A stretch of 64,000 nucleotides of DNA from Eledone cirrhosa. Taxonomy: Eukaryota. The position numbers and the translations under genes are program-made. Positions 29,278 to 42,582 of the stretch are shown here, piece by piece. The notes below the pieces were generated by a model. The model had not been told where the DNA came from and made no database searches. It saw nothing but the letters and a program-made list of their open reading frames with translations. Position 1 is the first letter of the stretch. Each line of letters opens with the position of its first letter. The stretch covers positions 27,032,001-27,096,000 of the forward strand of contig OZ024753.1 of assembly GCA_964016885.1 (NCBI GenBank), given 5' to 3'.

Positions 29278-30942
29278 CTCTCTCTTTCGTCTGCGACTTC
29301 ACAAAACTTGCGTTTACCGAATTCGTAGACCAGTTTTCTTTCTCTCTCTCTCTCTTTTTTCCCCCCCCCGTCGAACTTGGGCGAAATTCTTTCCTTGCTC
29401 ACATTTCTACCAGGTTCGATGGTCTTTCGTCTCTTGTTCACGATTTCACAGAGTTTATATTCATAGAGATCTGGGACTTGTCTATTTCTACTCACTTTCC
29501 GTTGCTATAACCCTTTTGTTGTTACTCTAGCGTCCCCCTTTATTTACGTGTCCTAACGACTTTTTTTAGCCGTTGTTCGCACCAACCTGAGGCATATGGC
29601 CCTTAAAGCGATGAAATGCCGAGGACGGTTGGAGGGTCACTGATGAAGGACTCACTTTTTCATATGTATCCCATTTGCAACGCCGCAGCTCCATTATTAT
29701 CATCATATTTACACATATTACTTTTCCATGCTGCCTGTCTGTTTCGTTCCTTGTATCTCTACCACTTCTAGCAGTCTCCTCTCTGTTACTCTCTCCTCAA
29801 CTTTCACTCACTCATTCTCTGTCACTACCTCTCCTCCTCCTCTTTCCTCCTCCTCCTTCAAGTTTGACCTGTGTGTAATTCTTTTCTCGCGCAGTCTTGA
29901 CCGAGCTGGTATGGAATTTTTTTTCTCTCTCTCTTTCGTCTGCGACTTCACAAAACTTGCATTTACCGAATTCGTAGACCAGTTTTCTTTCTCTCTCTCT
30001 CTCTTTTTTCCCCCCCGTCGAACTTGGGCGAAATTCTTTCCTTGCTCACATTTCTACCAGGTTCGATGGTCTTTCGTCTCTTGTTCACGATTTCACAGAG
30101 TTTATATTCATAGAGATCTGGGACTTGTCTATTTCTACTCACTTTCCGTTGCTATAACCCTTTTGTTGTTACTCTAGCGTCCCCCTTTATTTACGTGTCC
30201 CAACGACTTTTTTTAGCCGTTGTTCGCACCAACCTGAGGCATATGGCCCTTAAAGCGATGAAATGCCGAGGGCGGTTGGAGGGTCACTGATGAAGGACTC
30301 ACTTTTTCATATGTATCCCATTTGCAACGCCGCAGCTCCATTATTATCATCATATTTACACATATTACTTTTCCATGCTGCCTGTCTGTTTCGTTCCTTG
30401 TATCTCTACCACTTCTAGCAGTCTCCTCTCTGTTACTCTCTCCTCAACTTTCACTCACTCATTCTCTGTCACTACCTCTCCTCCTCCTCCTTCAAGTTTG
30501 ACCTGTGTGTAATTCTTTTCTCGCGCAGTCTTGACCGAGCTGGTATGGAATTTTTTTTCTCTCTCTCTTTCGTCTGCGACTTCACAAAACTTGCGTTTAC
30601 CGAATTCGTAGACCAGTTTTCTTTCTCTCTCTCTCTCTTTTTTCCCCCCCGTCGAACTTGGGCGAAATTCTTTCCTTGCTCACATTTCTACCAGGTTCGA
30701 TGGTCTTTCGTCTCTTGTTCACGATTTCACAGAGTTTATATTCATAGAGATCTGGGACTTGTCTATTTCTACTCACTTTCCGTTGCTATAACCCTTTTGT
30801 TGTTACTCTAGCGTCCCCCTTTATTTACGTGTCCCAACGACTTTTTTTAGCCGTTGTTCGCACCAACCTGAGGCATATGGCCCTTAAAGCGATGAAATGC
30901 CGAGGACGGTTGGAGGGTCACTTATGAAGGACTCACTTTTTC

Positions 30943-30945
<3 letters not shown>
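29278..30945. repeat. Tandem repeat, ~2.6 copies of a 634-649 bp unit
   Basis: tcgtctgcgacttcac recurs at 29287, 29936, 30570; copies near-identical; (TA)n flanks. Confidence 0.95.
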
Positions 30946-30976
<31 letters not shown>

Positions 30977-30984
30977 TAAAAATA

Positions 30985-31460
30985 AAAGAGTAAACACAGG
31001 TAAGCATTAAAAAAAGGATTTTATCCAGGTATTTACGACCGTTTCATTGGTAAGCGCAACCTTATATCGCTATGCTGGTATCGTTATACTAGTAAATACG
31101 ATTCCCAAAAAATGTTTTTTTTATATATTAATAACCTTTTTACAAGTAACTTATTCATTATTTTGAAAATTTGGAGGTGAATAACAGTTATTATCGAGTG
31201 GATGCTATTTGCAGTATAGCGATATAAGGTTGCGCTTACCAATGAAACGGTCGTAAATACCTGGATAAAATCCTTTTTTTAATACTTACCGGTGTTTTTT
31301 TCTTTTATTCTTTATACTCCAAGATTGAACGTGATTTACTAACCACATTCTTACTAACTTGTGGAGTTACCCCTAACCATACGTTGGAAACCGTCCAATA
31401 AACTGGGTATCTTAACCACGAACTGGATTACAATAAGCAATTTTCTGCTTTCCTAACTAA
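30985..31460. mobile_element. Fold-back mini-element with a degenerate long-stem-II hammerhead
   Basis: Arms ~30985-31073 / 31214-31305; motif 31159-31259 uauu UUGAAAA [~74 nt hairpin] GAAA cggucg UA aaua. Confidence 0.65.
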
Positions 31461-31499
31461 TATATACATATCTATATACATGTATATATATATATGTAT

Positions 31500-31612
<113 letters not shown>

Positions 31613-32023
31613 GTGTTGTCAGAAATCGTTATTTCTGTTGCCTGATGTTGTTAAGTGCCTGAGAACGAACAGGTGATTGGTAGAATGTTACCAGCTGAAG
31701 TATCATCTAAGAGACGGTAGTGTCGGCCAGCTGGTACTCTTCAGCTGCACACACGCTGCACTCCAATCATATATATCTGAGCAACAGGTTGCATGTATAA
31801 CATTCATATATCGGAAAGTGGGTGGAGTCATACAGCAATAGGGGTATGTTTTAGATACACATATACACACGCGCACATATGAATATATGAATATATGTAT
31901 ATAGTTATGTATGTGTATGTATGTATATGTATGTATGAATGTGCTTGTATGTGTATACATATACTTTATATATTTATATAGCATATATATATGTCCCACC
32001 CAGCGGACGTAAAATGATGATTA

Positions 32024-32064
<41 letters not shown>

Positions 32065-32175
32065 CATACACATACACACACACGCACACACAAATATATG
32101 TATACACATATATAAGTATGTGTGTAAGTATGTATGTATGCATGTATGTACGTATGTGTGTATGTATCTGTGCGA

Positions 32176-32225
<50 letters not shown>

Positions 32226-32428
32226 GCATACATACATACACACATATGTACATACAGACATACATAGATGCACACACATATATATATCAGGAGCGGTGGA
32301 AGCATTTCTGAATGGGGGAGGGGAAAATTTGGTTAATTTAGTTGTAGTGATTAGTTTAGCTGTTATCAAGTATCAACCAAGATATGCGATAAACATAACA
32401 TGTACATAAATTGTAGCGTATATACAAA

Positions 32429-32686
32429 TAGGGGCCTTGTATCAGGAGACAAGTCCCCCCCACTTTTTCAAACATGTATGTTTTATTTTTTGTTTATTTG
32501 ATATAATAAACTCTTTTTAAGCTTATTTTTTTTATATCTGAACTTCATTTGAATATATCAAATTTAATTAGTGTAAAATTTTACTTATGTGATGGGATCC
32601 GGGAAGGCAATACTAACGTGCTCCTTTAAGAATCAACAAATGTTGGTTTGTCCCCCTCACATTTTTAAGGAAATCGAGGCCCCTGG
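32429..32686. mobile_element. Possible MITE
   Basis: Termini TAGGGGCCTTG ... CGAGGCCCCTG; adjacent 32360-32430 is shared with ~7990-8082. Confidence 0.35.
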
Positions 32687-32780
32687 ATGTGTATATTACA
32701 CTGACCTTCACATCTGAGCATTAAACTAGTATCCTTAATTTTTACAGTATTTAGTATTTTCTGTCTCTTCACATTACCCA

Positions 32781-32856
<76 letters not shown>

Positions 32857-33158
32857 TGTCCCTGAGTGTGTGTGGCGGGGGGGGGGGGGGAAGAGAGAGA
32901 GGGATGGAGACAGAGACAAAGTGACAAATAGACAGATTTCTGTTTATTTGCCACTAGGGCACAAAAGAAAGGGACATGTACATGGGTGGGGGGAGTTTAC
33001 ATAAAAATCGAGTAAGAAAAATATAACAAACAAAATAATAACAAGAAGGTCCTCAATAGGGAGGGATCGTTTTGGGGTCACACACACCCCCGAAAAAAAG
33101 TGTGCGACCCTTCTCCACGGGAGCACAAAGAGAGGGTGCTCCCTTCTTTCTGTTCCAC

Positions 33159-36100
33159 CTACAGGCTGAGGTAGAGAGAAGGCCCATTCACACGGGCCAT
33201 TCTCGCAACTTTCACCCACCTTTCATAAAACTGGCTGGAGTGGAGCACCTCTCTCTCCATCCTGATCCTTCTTCCGAAATGGTATCGGAAGAAAAGGACC
33301 AGTTGTTGGCCGGAGAGAAAGGTGTCCGACCTCAGCCCTTTCAGACGCGTCCACCATATAGCCTATTTTACCATGGCTATTACACAGAGGAAGACCGCCT
33401 CTCCTTCATTTTTGAAGGGGGGAGGCGGCTTGATCGTTACAATGGACTCGGTGGTCAACCTAATTGGTCCCACCCGTGACAGCAGTTGTTCGACATAGCC
33501 CCACAGATCGGTAACGCCCGGGCAGTGCACCAATGCGTGCGCGACGGTTTCCTCGTCGCGCACGCATCTGGGACAGATCTTTTTCGAGGGGTCCCTACCC
33601 GGGCGCCCGTGTCTGTAGAGCTTATCCCGAACGGGCAGAGCCCCTCGGTAGCACTGCCAGGCCAAGGACTTCTGGAAGTTGTCCATAGGTCCCGGGCCGA
33701 AAGTCCTACCGAATAGACTGGCCAGTTCGTCGTCCTCCATGCCTAGGGCTTCTCCGAGGGCGTCGTCGCACCCGCTAACCACCAGCCCTCTATAGAATGA
33801 CGAGGTGGAGTCTCCGTCGATAGCCGGGTCCGCCTGCCAGAGAGCCGTGAGCGCCTGGGCACACTCGGTGTGCCAGTCGCCCAGTTTTCTCGGTCTTTGC
33901 TTCACCCAGGACTGCAGCTCGGTGAGCGAGACGAGCCTCGGGAAGGCTCGCCTCACAAACGGGGCCCACACCGGTTGACCGGTGAGGAATACGTGGAGGT
34001 GCCTTAGCCTCAATGCGTGTTTACGCATTTTTAGCCACGGCATCTCCAGCCCCCCTTTCAAAGGGTGTTGACAGCAGATGGATCTCCTCACCAGAGGAGA
34101 CCTCTTCTTCCAAAGGAAATAAAAGAGGGCGCGCTCCATTTTGGCGAGGATCTCACCCGGGCAAGGCACGACAGTCAAGCGGTAATAGATGACGGACGCT
34201 ATGTAAGCGTTCGCCACCTCGGCCCGACCTTTTAGGGATAGTTTGCACTCGGCCCACTTCTGGGTTAGTGCAAACACCCTTTCGTCACCTCACCCCAGTT
34301 TTTCTCCACCTGGAGGTCCGGTCCGAACCAGACCCCAAGCAACTTCACCGGGCCCTCCGTGCACCGTCCGACGATACCGTCGCACGACATCGCTTTGCCC
34401 CTCCACTCGCCGAGTTGCAAAGCGACTGACTTGTCCCGGTTCCGCTTAGCCCCTGTCAACCTTTCGTACTCCTCTAGTAAGGTGCCGATTGCCTCGATTT
34501 CCGAGGTGGTCGACACCATTACTGTTACGTCATCGGCGTAGGCCGACACCGCTTTGCGCAATCCCGGTTCCAAAGGGATGCCCTGCAACAACTCCAACTT
34601 CCGCAGTAGTGGCTCGAGAGCCAATACATACAGAAGGGAGGAGAGAGGGCATCCCTGTCGGATGGAGCGGGTGATTTCGAACGGCTCCGAAAGGTAGCCG
34701 TTCACCTTGACTCTAGAGCAGATGCGGCTGCTGTGCATGGCAGTGATCCAGCCCCTGAAAACGGGTCCGAACCCAGCCGCCGCTAGCACCGCATCCAGGT
34801 AACCATGGTCCACCCTATCGAACGCTTTAGACTGATCTAAATTTATCAGGGCCCCACCAAAGCCGGGTTCGTTCCCAACCCTCTCTATGATGTATCGCAT
34901 GAGGTGGAGGTTGTCGTGGATGGACCTGGACGGAATAGCGCATGTCTGCGCATCTCCCACCCCACGACAAGCTAACACCTTCGCTAACACCTTCGCCAAA
35001 ATCTTTAACTCTGCATTTAGCAGAGTTATGGGCCTAAAATTACTAATGTCATCCCCCTTGTTCTCGTCCTTCCTCACTAGCGAGACTACGCCCTTGGTCA
35101 CAGAACAGGGAATTCTCCCGTTCTGTTGCCAGTTGCAGTAGACCGCCTCGAGGAGATCGCGGAACAAGTCCGGCATATTAATATATAGTTCGTAGGACAG
35201 ACCATCGAGTCCTGGAGATTTGCGTTTGCCGCATAGGCTCAGCACGTCCCCTATTTCAGCTGCTGAGATCGGCCCGTCGCAGGACCTCGCCTCCCTGTCC
35301 GAAAGACGCGGCAGGCCGTCGAGGTATGGACCGAAATCCACATCTCCAACTGGCTCCCCGCCCCTCCCGAACAATTGGGCAAAGTGCCTTTGAAAGGCCT
35401 CGCACATTTGCTTAGGTTCAAGGATCACCCGTCCATCCTGGTCTCGCAAAGACCGGATAGTGGATTTAATCCCACTTTTCGCTTCTGTCACGCGGGCCCA
35501 GCTAACAGCTTTGGTCCCCTCGTTTCCCAGAGCACGTATTTTGCTTCGGACAACGCAGCCTTCGTGTTTCGCGTCGAAGAACTGGTTCAAGACCATTCTC
35601 GACGCTTGCACTCTGGCCACGTTGCCGCTTCTCATTGCCTCTTCAACATTAACTACCAACTCCCTTTCCTTCCTATTTCTATCTGAGGCTAACTCCTTAC
35701 TAACTCCTATTGAAACTACTCTAATCTCTCTTTTTAGAGAGCCCCACCACCTGTTGTTGACGATGGCGCCCGTCAACCGCTCCTTAACTAAGGTTCTAAT
35801 CCGGTCCCTGTAAGCTCTACTTGCCGGTAAGGACAAGTTGAGCTTCCAGTAACCGGGCCCCTGCCTATGCGTTCTATCAAGGTGGACTACGCAGGTCACT
35901 AACTTGTGGTCTGAATAGCCCACCATGAGCATTTCTGGACAACTTAAAAAGTCCCTATCCTTAATTCTAACTAAGAACCTATCTAGGTACGATCTAGATT
36001 GACCACTGTTATTTGACCAGGTCCAGGTTGGTAAAGTCGGAAAATCTAGTCGGTATCTATCGGCCAGGTCAAATCGGCCGATTAACCCCTTAAGGCTGTT

Positions 36101-36587
36101 ACACCCCCCCTCTATCGGGACATGCCCCTACATAGTCCCAACGTGCATCTAGGATACCATTCCAGTCCCCCACTAAAAGCAAGGAGCGGGACGTCCCTAG
36201 AAAAGTCTCCAGACGATGGAAGAAGTCCGACCGCATTGCCCCAAAAGGGGCGTATACGGCGACAAGCCTAAAAGCTTCGCCTTCACCATTGCCAAGGTCC
36301 AGAACCACGAGTCGACCCTCCGGGTCCAAGTGTACCGTCTGTGTAGCGAGACCCAGATGTTTTTGCAGCAGAACGACAACCCTACCCCCACCTCCGGGCT
36401 GACAGAGAGATGCGTGCATCTCAAAGTCATCAAAGGTGGGGGCTAGCTGTCGCATGCTGCTGATCCGGGCCTCGCAAATAACCATCACATTTATACATTG
36501 TGACCTGAGGTCACTTAGAAGTTTAGCTTGCTTCCAAGGTGAGCCCAGGCCACGCGCATTTAGACAACCTACTCTTAACACAGCCAT
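33159..36587 (-). pseudogene. ORF2: APE endonuclease, reverse transcriptase, C-terminal zinc finger
   Basis: LNARGL, VAVYAP, GDWN, SDH, YWKLN, KSPGLDG, FRPITLLN, DQSKAFDRV, RQGCPLS, YADD, CPRC..ETVAHALVHC; stops at 36099 and 33363, frameshift near 34270. Confidence 0.92.
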
Positions 36588-36610
36588 GTTGGTGGCAAAG
36601 AAAGAGGCAC

Positions 36611-38336
36611 TTACCTCTCTGCGTCCCGGAGTTCGGGCCGCTCAGTTTCCATGGGGCTGGTGGAGGGGTTGATGGGTGGGGTGGTGGTTTGTGGTGGTGT
36701 GGGGGTATTAGTGTGTGGAGGGGTTGGGATCTTTGGAGTTGTGTGGGTGTTTGAGGAGGGGAGGGGAAAACCTTTCAGGAGGACGCGGTTGAGTGGCCTG
36801 GTGCAGGGTGGGCCCACGTCCTCAGGGTAAATGTCTTTCAAAGTTTTGAAAATGTCAAGTGGGATTTTCACCATTTTCAGGTTAGGGAGTCCCATTGCCG
36901 TTACGAAATTCGGCCCTTCGGTTTGTATCGAAGGGTTGTTTTCTATTTTTTCAGTTAGGTTTTTATTGTTTTTGTTTATGTATGTGTAGAGGTTTTGTGT
37001 TGTGTTTGTTTTTGTTTGTTGTTGTTGAGTGAGTTTGCGTTTTATTGTCTGTGTTGTGTTGTCAGGTGGGGTTATTTTTGTTTGTGTGGTGTGTGTACGT
37101 TTTTTCTTTTCACTTTTTGGAAGGGAGCCCCCTCGTCTTCCGACGATATGAGCTCCTCTTCCGTATTGGAGGGGAGGGTATATCTCCGGGTTGAACTGCG
37201 TGTGTTTTTGTATTTGTGTTCTGTGGGGTGGGGCTGGGTGGGACCGTGTTTTGGGTTGTTTTCTTGAGCTGTTGTTGATGTTGTTGTTGTTGTTGTTGTT
37301 GTGGTGGTGGTGGTGGTGTTGGTTTTTGTTGTCGTTCTGGTGGTGATGGTAGTGTATTTTGTTGTTTTTGTGATGGTGGTGCTGGTTGTTTTTGTTGTTG
37401 TTGTGGTGTTTGTAGCAGTGGTTTTTTTGTTGTTAGTAGAGGGCAGGCCGTCCTCAGGTGACCTCTGCCAGCGCAGTGGTAACATGAGGGTCTCCTGCCT
37501 TCCACTGTGATATTTATGAAGGTTCGCCCATCCAGTAGCACTCGGTCGGGTATTCCGGCGATTCTCTCAGGTGTCATCTGTAAGAGAACCTCCAGACTTT
37601 TCCCCCCGAACAGTCCACTGGTGGACTCCCCTGCTGAAATAAGTATATCCTTATCTAGGTCGGTAAATCCTGTTAGGACGGACCAGATGTTAATTTCCGG
37701 CGTTGGGCTCCACATTCTTATTCTTTGTGTTCTTCTTCCTTTATATGTGGGGAAGAAGGTGTATTGTGGTGACACTATAGGTGCCACCGAATATTTTTGC
37801 GCCAGCATTTCGTCCTTCATTCGGACCATAATGCTGGCATACAGCTTTCCTCTTTGAATAAAGAGTATGTCGTTTTTAATTTCTTTCAGAACCAGCTCAA
37901 TTTGACTTTCAGTCAATTGCGCTGGCTTTCTTGTTTCGTTGGTTATGGTTCTGTAGGTTACGGTATTCTTATAAACCTGTTGACGCACTTCTTCTGATAC
38001 GTATTTTCTAGCCTCTAGCAAATTTTCCTTGGCGTTCGTGATGTCTATGGGTTTGTATTCCGTGGGCTTTCCTGAGTGTTTGGGCAAAAGAAATTTTGTC
38101 TTTGTTTGTTGTTGTATTGTTGTTGGTTTCCTTATTTGTGGTGTTAATTTTTTCTTCAAAATTAAGTTTTTCATTTGAATTAATATTCTTTTTTTTTCAT
38201 TGGAGAGGAGGGGCTGTTCAACAGTTTGAACTGTTGTTTCCTCTTTCCCGCTTGTTTTTTCGGTAGGCGTGGCGTTCGCTTCCAATATGGCGATATCGTT
38301 TTCGACGATATCGTTATCAACGATATCGATAAACAT
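36611..38336 (-). pseudogene. ORF1 (gag-like, CCHC zinc knuckle), frameshifted C-terminal part
   Basis: VEGRRPSCYHCAGRGHLRTAC followed by a Q/P/T-rich tail; fragments 37110..38336 and 36611..36895. Confidence 0.8.
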
Positions 38337-38526
38337 TTTTGAATTAATTATTTTTCACCCCAAAAGGGGTGAAAATATAATTACCCTACGTCTATAGTCC
38401 CAGACTAGGGGTTAGAGTTAATAATACAAAAGAATTCAAATAATTCACTCACAAATATAGCAGGTAAAAATCCCAAATCGCAGAGCCGATATGAAACACG
38501 TCTACTATCCTCAGACAGACAGACAA

Positions 38527-41500
38527 ATTTCTGTTTATTTGCCACTAGGGCACAAAAGAAAGGGACATGTACATGGGTGGGGGGAGTTTACATAAAAATC
38601 GAGTAAGAAAAATATAACAAACAAAATAATAACAAGAAGGTCCTCAATAGGGAGGGATCGTTTTGGGGTCACACACACCCCCGAAAAAAAGTGTGCGACC
38701 CTTCTCCACGGGAGCACAAAGAGAGGGTGCTCCCTTCTTTCTGTTCCACCTACAGGCTGAGGTAGAGAGAAGGCCCATTCACACGGGCCATTCTCGCAAC
38801 TTTCACCCACCTTTCATAAAACTGGCTGGAGTGGAGCACCTCTCTCTCCATCCTGATCCTTCTTCCGAAATGGTATCGGAATAAAAGGACCAGTTGTTGG
38901 CCGGAGAGAAAGGTGTTCGACCTCAGCCCTTTCAGATGCGTCCACCATATAACCACTTTTACCATGGCTATTACACAGAGGAAGACCGCCTCTCCTTCAT
39001 TTTTGAAGGGGGGAGGCGGCTTGATCGACAGCAGTTGTTCGACATAGCCCCACAGATCGGCAACGCCCGGGCAGTGCACCAATGCGTGCGCGACGGTTTC
39101 CTCGTCGCGCACGCATCTGGGTCAGATCTTTTTCGAGGGGTCCCTACCTGGGCGCCCGTGTCTGTAGAGCTTATCCCGAACGGGCAGAGCCCCTCGGTAG
39201 CACTGCCAGGCCAAGAACTTCTGGAAGTTGTCCATAGGTCCCGGGTCGAAAGTCCTACCGAATAGGCTGGCCAGTTCGTCCTCCTCCATGCCTAGGGTTT
39301 CTCCGAGGGCGTCGTCGCACCCGCTAACCACCAGCCCTCTATAGAATGACGAGGTGGAGTCTCCGTCGAAAGCCGGGTCCGCCTGCCAGAGAGCCGTGAG
39401 CGCCTGGGCACACTCGGTGTGCCAGTCGCCCAGTTTTCTCGGTCTTTGCTTCGCCCAGGACTGCAGCTCGGTGAGCGAGACGAGCCTCGGGAAGGCTCGC
39501 CTCACAAACGGGGCCCACACCGGTTGACCGGTGAGGAATACCTGGAGGTGCCTTAGCCTCAATGCGTGTTTACGCATTTTTAGCCACGGCATCCCCAGCC
39601 CTCCTTACAAAGGTTGTTGACAGCAGATGGATCTCCTCACCAGAGGAGACCTCTTTTTCCAAAGGAAATAAAAGAGGGCGCGCTCCATTTTGGCGAGGAT
39701 CTCACCCGGGCAAGGCACGACAGTCAAGTGGTAATAGATGACGGACGCTATGTAAGCGTTCGCCACCTCCGCCCGACCTTTCAGGGATAGTTTGCACTCG
39801 GCCCACTTCTGGGTCAGTGCAAACACCCTATTCGTCACCTCATCCCAGTTTTTCTCCACCTGGAGGTCCGATCCGAACCAGACCCCAAGCAACTTCACCG
39901 GGCCCTCCGTCCACCGTCCGACGATACCGTCGCACGACATCGCTTTTCCCCTCCACTCGCCGAGTTGCAAAGAGACTGACTTGTCCCGGTTCAGCTTAGC
40001 CCCTGTCAACCTTTCGTACTCCTCCAGTAAGATGCCGATTGTCTCGATTTCCGAGGTGGTCGACACCATTACTGTTACGTCATCGGCATAGGCCGACACC
40101 GCTTTGCGCAATCCCGGTTCCAAAGGGATGTCCTGCAACAACTCCAACTTCCGCAGTAGTGGCTCGAGAGCCAATACATACAGAAGGGAGGAGAGAGGGC
40201 ACCCCTGTCGGATGGAGCGGGTGATTTCGAACGGCTCCGAAAGGTAGCCGTTCACCTTGACTCTAGAGCAGATGCGGCTGCTGTGCATGGCAGTGATCCA
40301 GCCCCTGAAAACGGGTCCGGACCCAGCCGCCGCTAGCACCGCATCCAGGTAACCATGGTCCACCCTATCGAACGCTTTAGACTGATCTAAATTTATCAGG
40401 GCCCTACAGTCCCAACGTGCATCTAGGATACCATTCCAGTCCCCCACTAAAAGCAAGGAGCGGGACGTCCCTAGAAAAGTCTCCAGACGATGGAAGAAGT
40501 CCGACCGCATTGCCCCAAAAGGGGCGTATACGGCGACAAGCCTAAAAGCTTCGCCTTCACCATTGCCAAGGTCCAGAACCACGAGTCGACCCTCCGGGTC
40601 CAAGTGTACCGTCTGTGTAGCGAGACCCAGATGTTTTTGCAGCAGAACGACAACCCCACCCCCACCTCCGGGCTGACAGAGAGATGCGTGCATCTCAAAG
40701 TCATCAAAGGTGGGGGTTAGCTGTCGCATGCTGCTGATCCGGGCCTCGCAAATAACCATCACATTTATACATTGTGACCTGAGGTCACTTAGAAGTTTAG
40801 CTTGCTTCCAAGGTGAGCCCAGGCCACGCGCATTTAGACAACCTACTCTTAACACAGCCATGTTGGTGGCAAAGAAAGAGGCACTTACCTCTCTGCGTCC
40901 CGGGGTTCGGGCCGCTCAGTTTCCATGGGGCTGGTGGAGGGGTTGATGGGTGGGGTGGTGGGGTGTGGTGGTGTAGGGGTATTAGTGTGTGGAGGGATTG
41001 GGGTGTTTGGAGTTGTGTGGGTGTTTGAGGAGGGGAGGGGAAAACCTTTCAGGAGGACGCGGTTGAGTGGCCTGGTGCAGGGTGGTCTCACGTCCTCAGG
41101 GTAAATGTTTTTCAAAGTTTTGAAAATGTCAAGTGGGACTTTCACCATTTTCAGGTTAGGGAGTCCCATTGCCGTTACAAAATTCAGCCCTTCGGTTTGT
41201 ACCGAACGGTTGTTTTCTATTTTTTCTGTTAGGTTTTTATTGTTTTTGTTTATGTATGTGTAGAGTTTTTGTGTTGTGTTTGTTTTTGCTTGTTGTTCTT
41301 GAGCTGTTGTTGATGTTGTTGTGGTGGTGGTGGTGGAGGTGGTGTTGTTGGTTTTTGTTGTCGTTGTGGTGGTGATGGTAGTGTATTTTGTTGTTTTTGT
41401 GGTGGTGGTGTTGGTTGTTTTTGTTGTTGTTGTGGTGTTTGTAGCAGTGGGTTTTTTGTTATTAGTAGAGGGCAGGCCGTCCTCAGGTGACCTCTGCCAG

Positions 41501-42561
41501 CGCAGTGGTAACATGTAATATTTATGAAGGTTCCACCGTAATATTTATGAAGGTTCGCCCATCCAGTAGGACTCGGTCGGGTATTCCGGCGATTCTCTCA
41601 GGTGTCATCTGTAAGAGAACCTCCAGACTTCCCCCCCCCCCAACAGTCCACTGGTGGACTCCCCTGCTGAAATAAGGATGTCCTTTTCTAGGTCCGTAAA
41701 TCCTGTCAGGACGGACCAGATGTTAACTTCTGGCGTTGGGCTCCACATTCTTAGTCTCTGAGTTCTTCTCCCTTTATATGTGGGGAAGAAGGTGTATTGT
41801 GGTGACACTATAGGTGCCACCGAGCATTTTTGCGCCAGCATTTCGTCCTTCATTCGGACCATAATGCTGGCATACAGCTTTCCTCTTTCAATAAAAAGTA
41901 TATTTTCTTTAATGTCTTTCAATACCAGCTCAATTTGACTTTCTGTCAATTGAGCTGGCTTTCTAGTTGTGTTGGATATCGTTCTGAAGGTTATGGTATT
42001 CCTATAAACCTGTTGGCGAACTTCTTCTGGAGAGTTGATCGTAAAAGAACCATCCTCCCCAAAAGATACGTATTTTCTGGCATCTAGCAAGTTTTGCTTA
42101 GCGTTAGTAATATCTATGGGCTTGTATTCGATAGCTTTCCTGACCGTTTGGGAAAAAGAAATTTTGTTGTCTTTGTTGTAATGTTGTTGGTTTCATTATT
42201 TGTGGTGTTATTTTTTCTTCAAAATTTAGGTTTTCATTCGAATTAATATTCTTTTTTTTTTCATTGGAGAGGAGGGGCTGTTCAACAGTTTGAATTGTTG
42301 ATCCCTCTTTCTCGCTTATTTTTTTGGTAGGCGTGGCGTTAGCTTCCAATATGGCGATATCGTTTTCAACGATATCGTTAAACATTTTTGAATTAAATAT
42401 TTTTCACCCCAAAAGGGGTGAAAATATATTTACCCTACGTCTACAGTCCCAGACTAGGGGTTAGAGTCAATAATAAAAAAACAATTTAAATAATGCACTC
42501 ACAAATATTCCAGGTAAAAATTCCAAATCGAAGAGCCGATATGAAAGACGTCTACTATCAA
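38527..42561 (-). mobile_element. Tx1-like copy 2, internally deleted
   Basis: Highly similar to copy 1; ORF 39605..40861 is an in-frame APE/RT fusion lacking ~1.27 kb; ORF1 zinc knuckle disrupted. Confidence 0.9.
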
Positions 42562-42582
42562 AGACAGACAGATAGATAGATA

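Larger units (their letters stand above)
32936..38512 (-). mobile_element. L1/Tx1-clade non-LTR retrotransposon, near full length (copy 1)
   Basis: ORF1 with zinc knuckle; ORF2 APE-RT-CCHC; AATAAA near the 3' end; (GACA)-type flanks. Confidence 0.92.

Noticed and set aside
29583-29637. SECIS or twister ribozyme in the 640-bp repeat
   Set aside because: SECIS spacing and helix II do not fit, and twister L1 (UAA) and P1 are absent; kept only as an unclassified structure
29641-29690. Hammerhead starting at CTGATGA in the tandem unit
   Set aside because: No GAAA after the candidate stem II (GCAA instead) and no stem I
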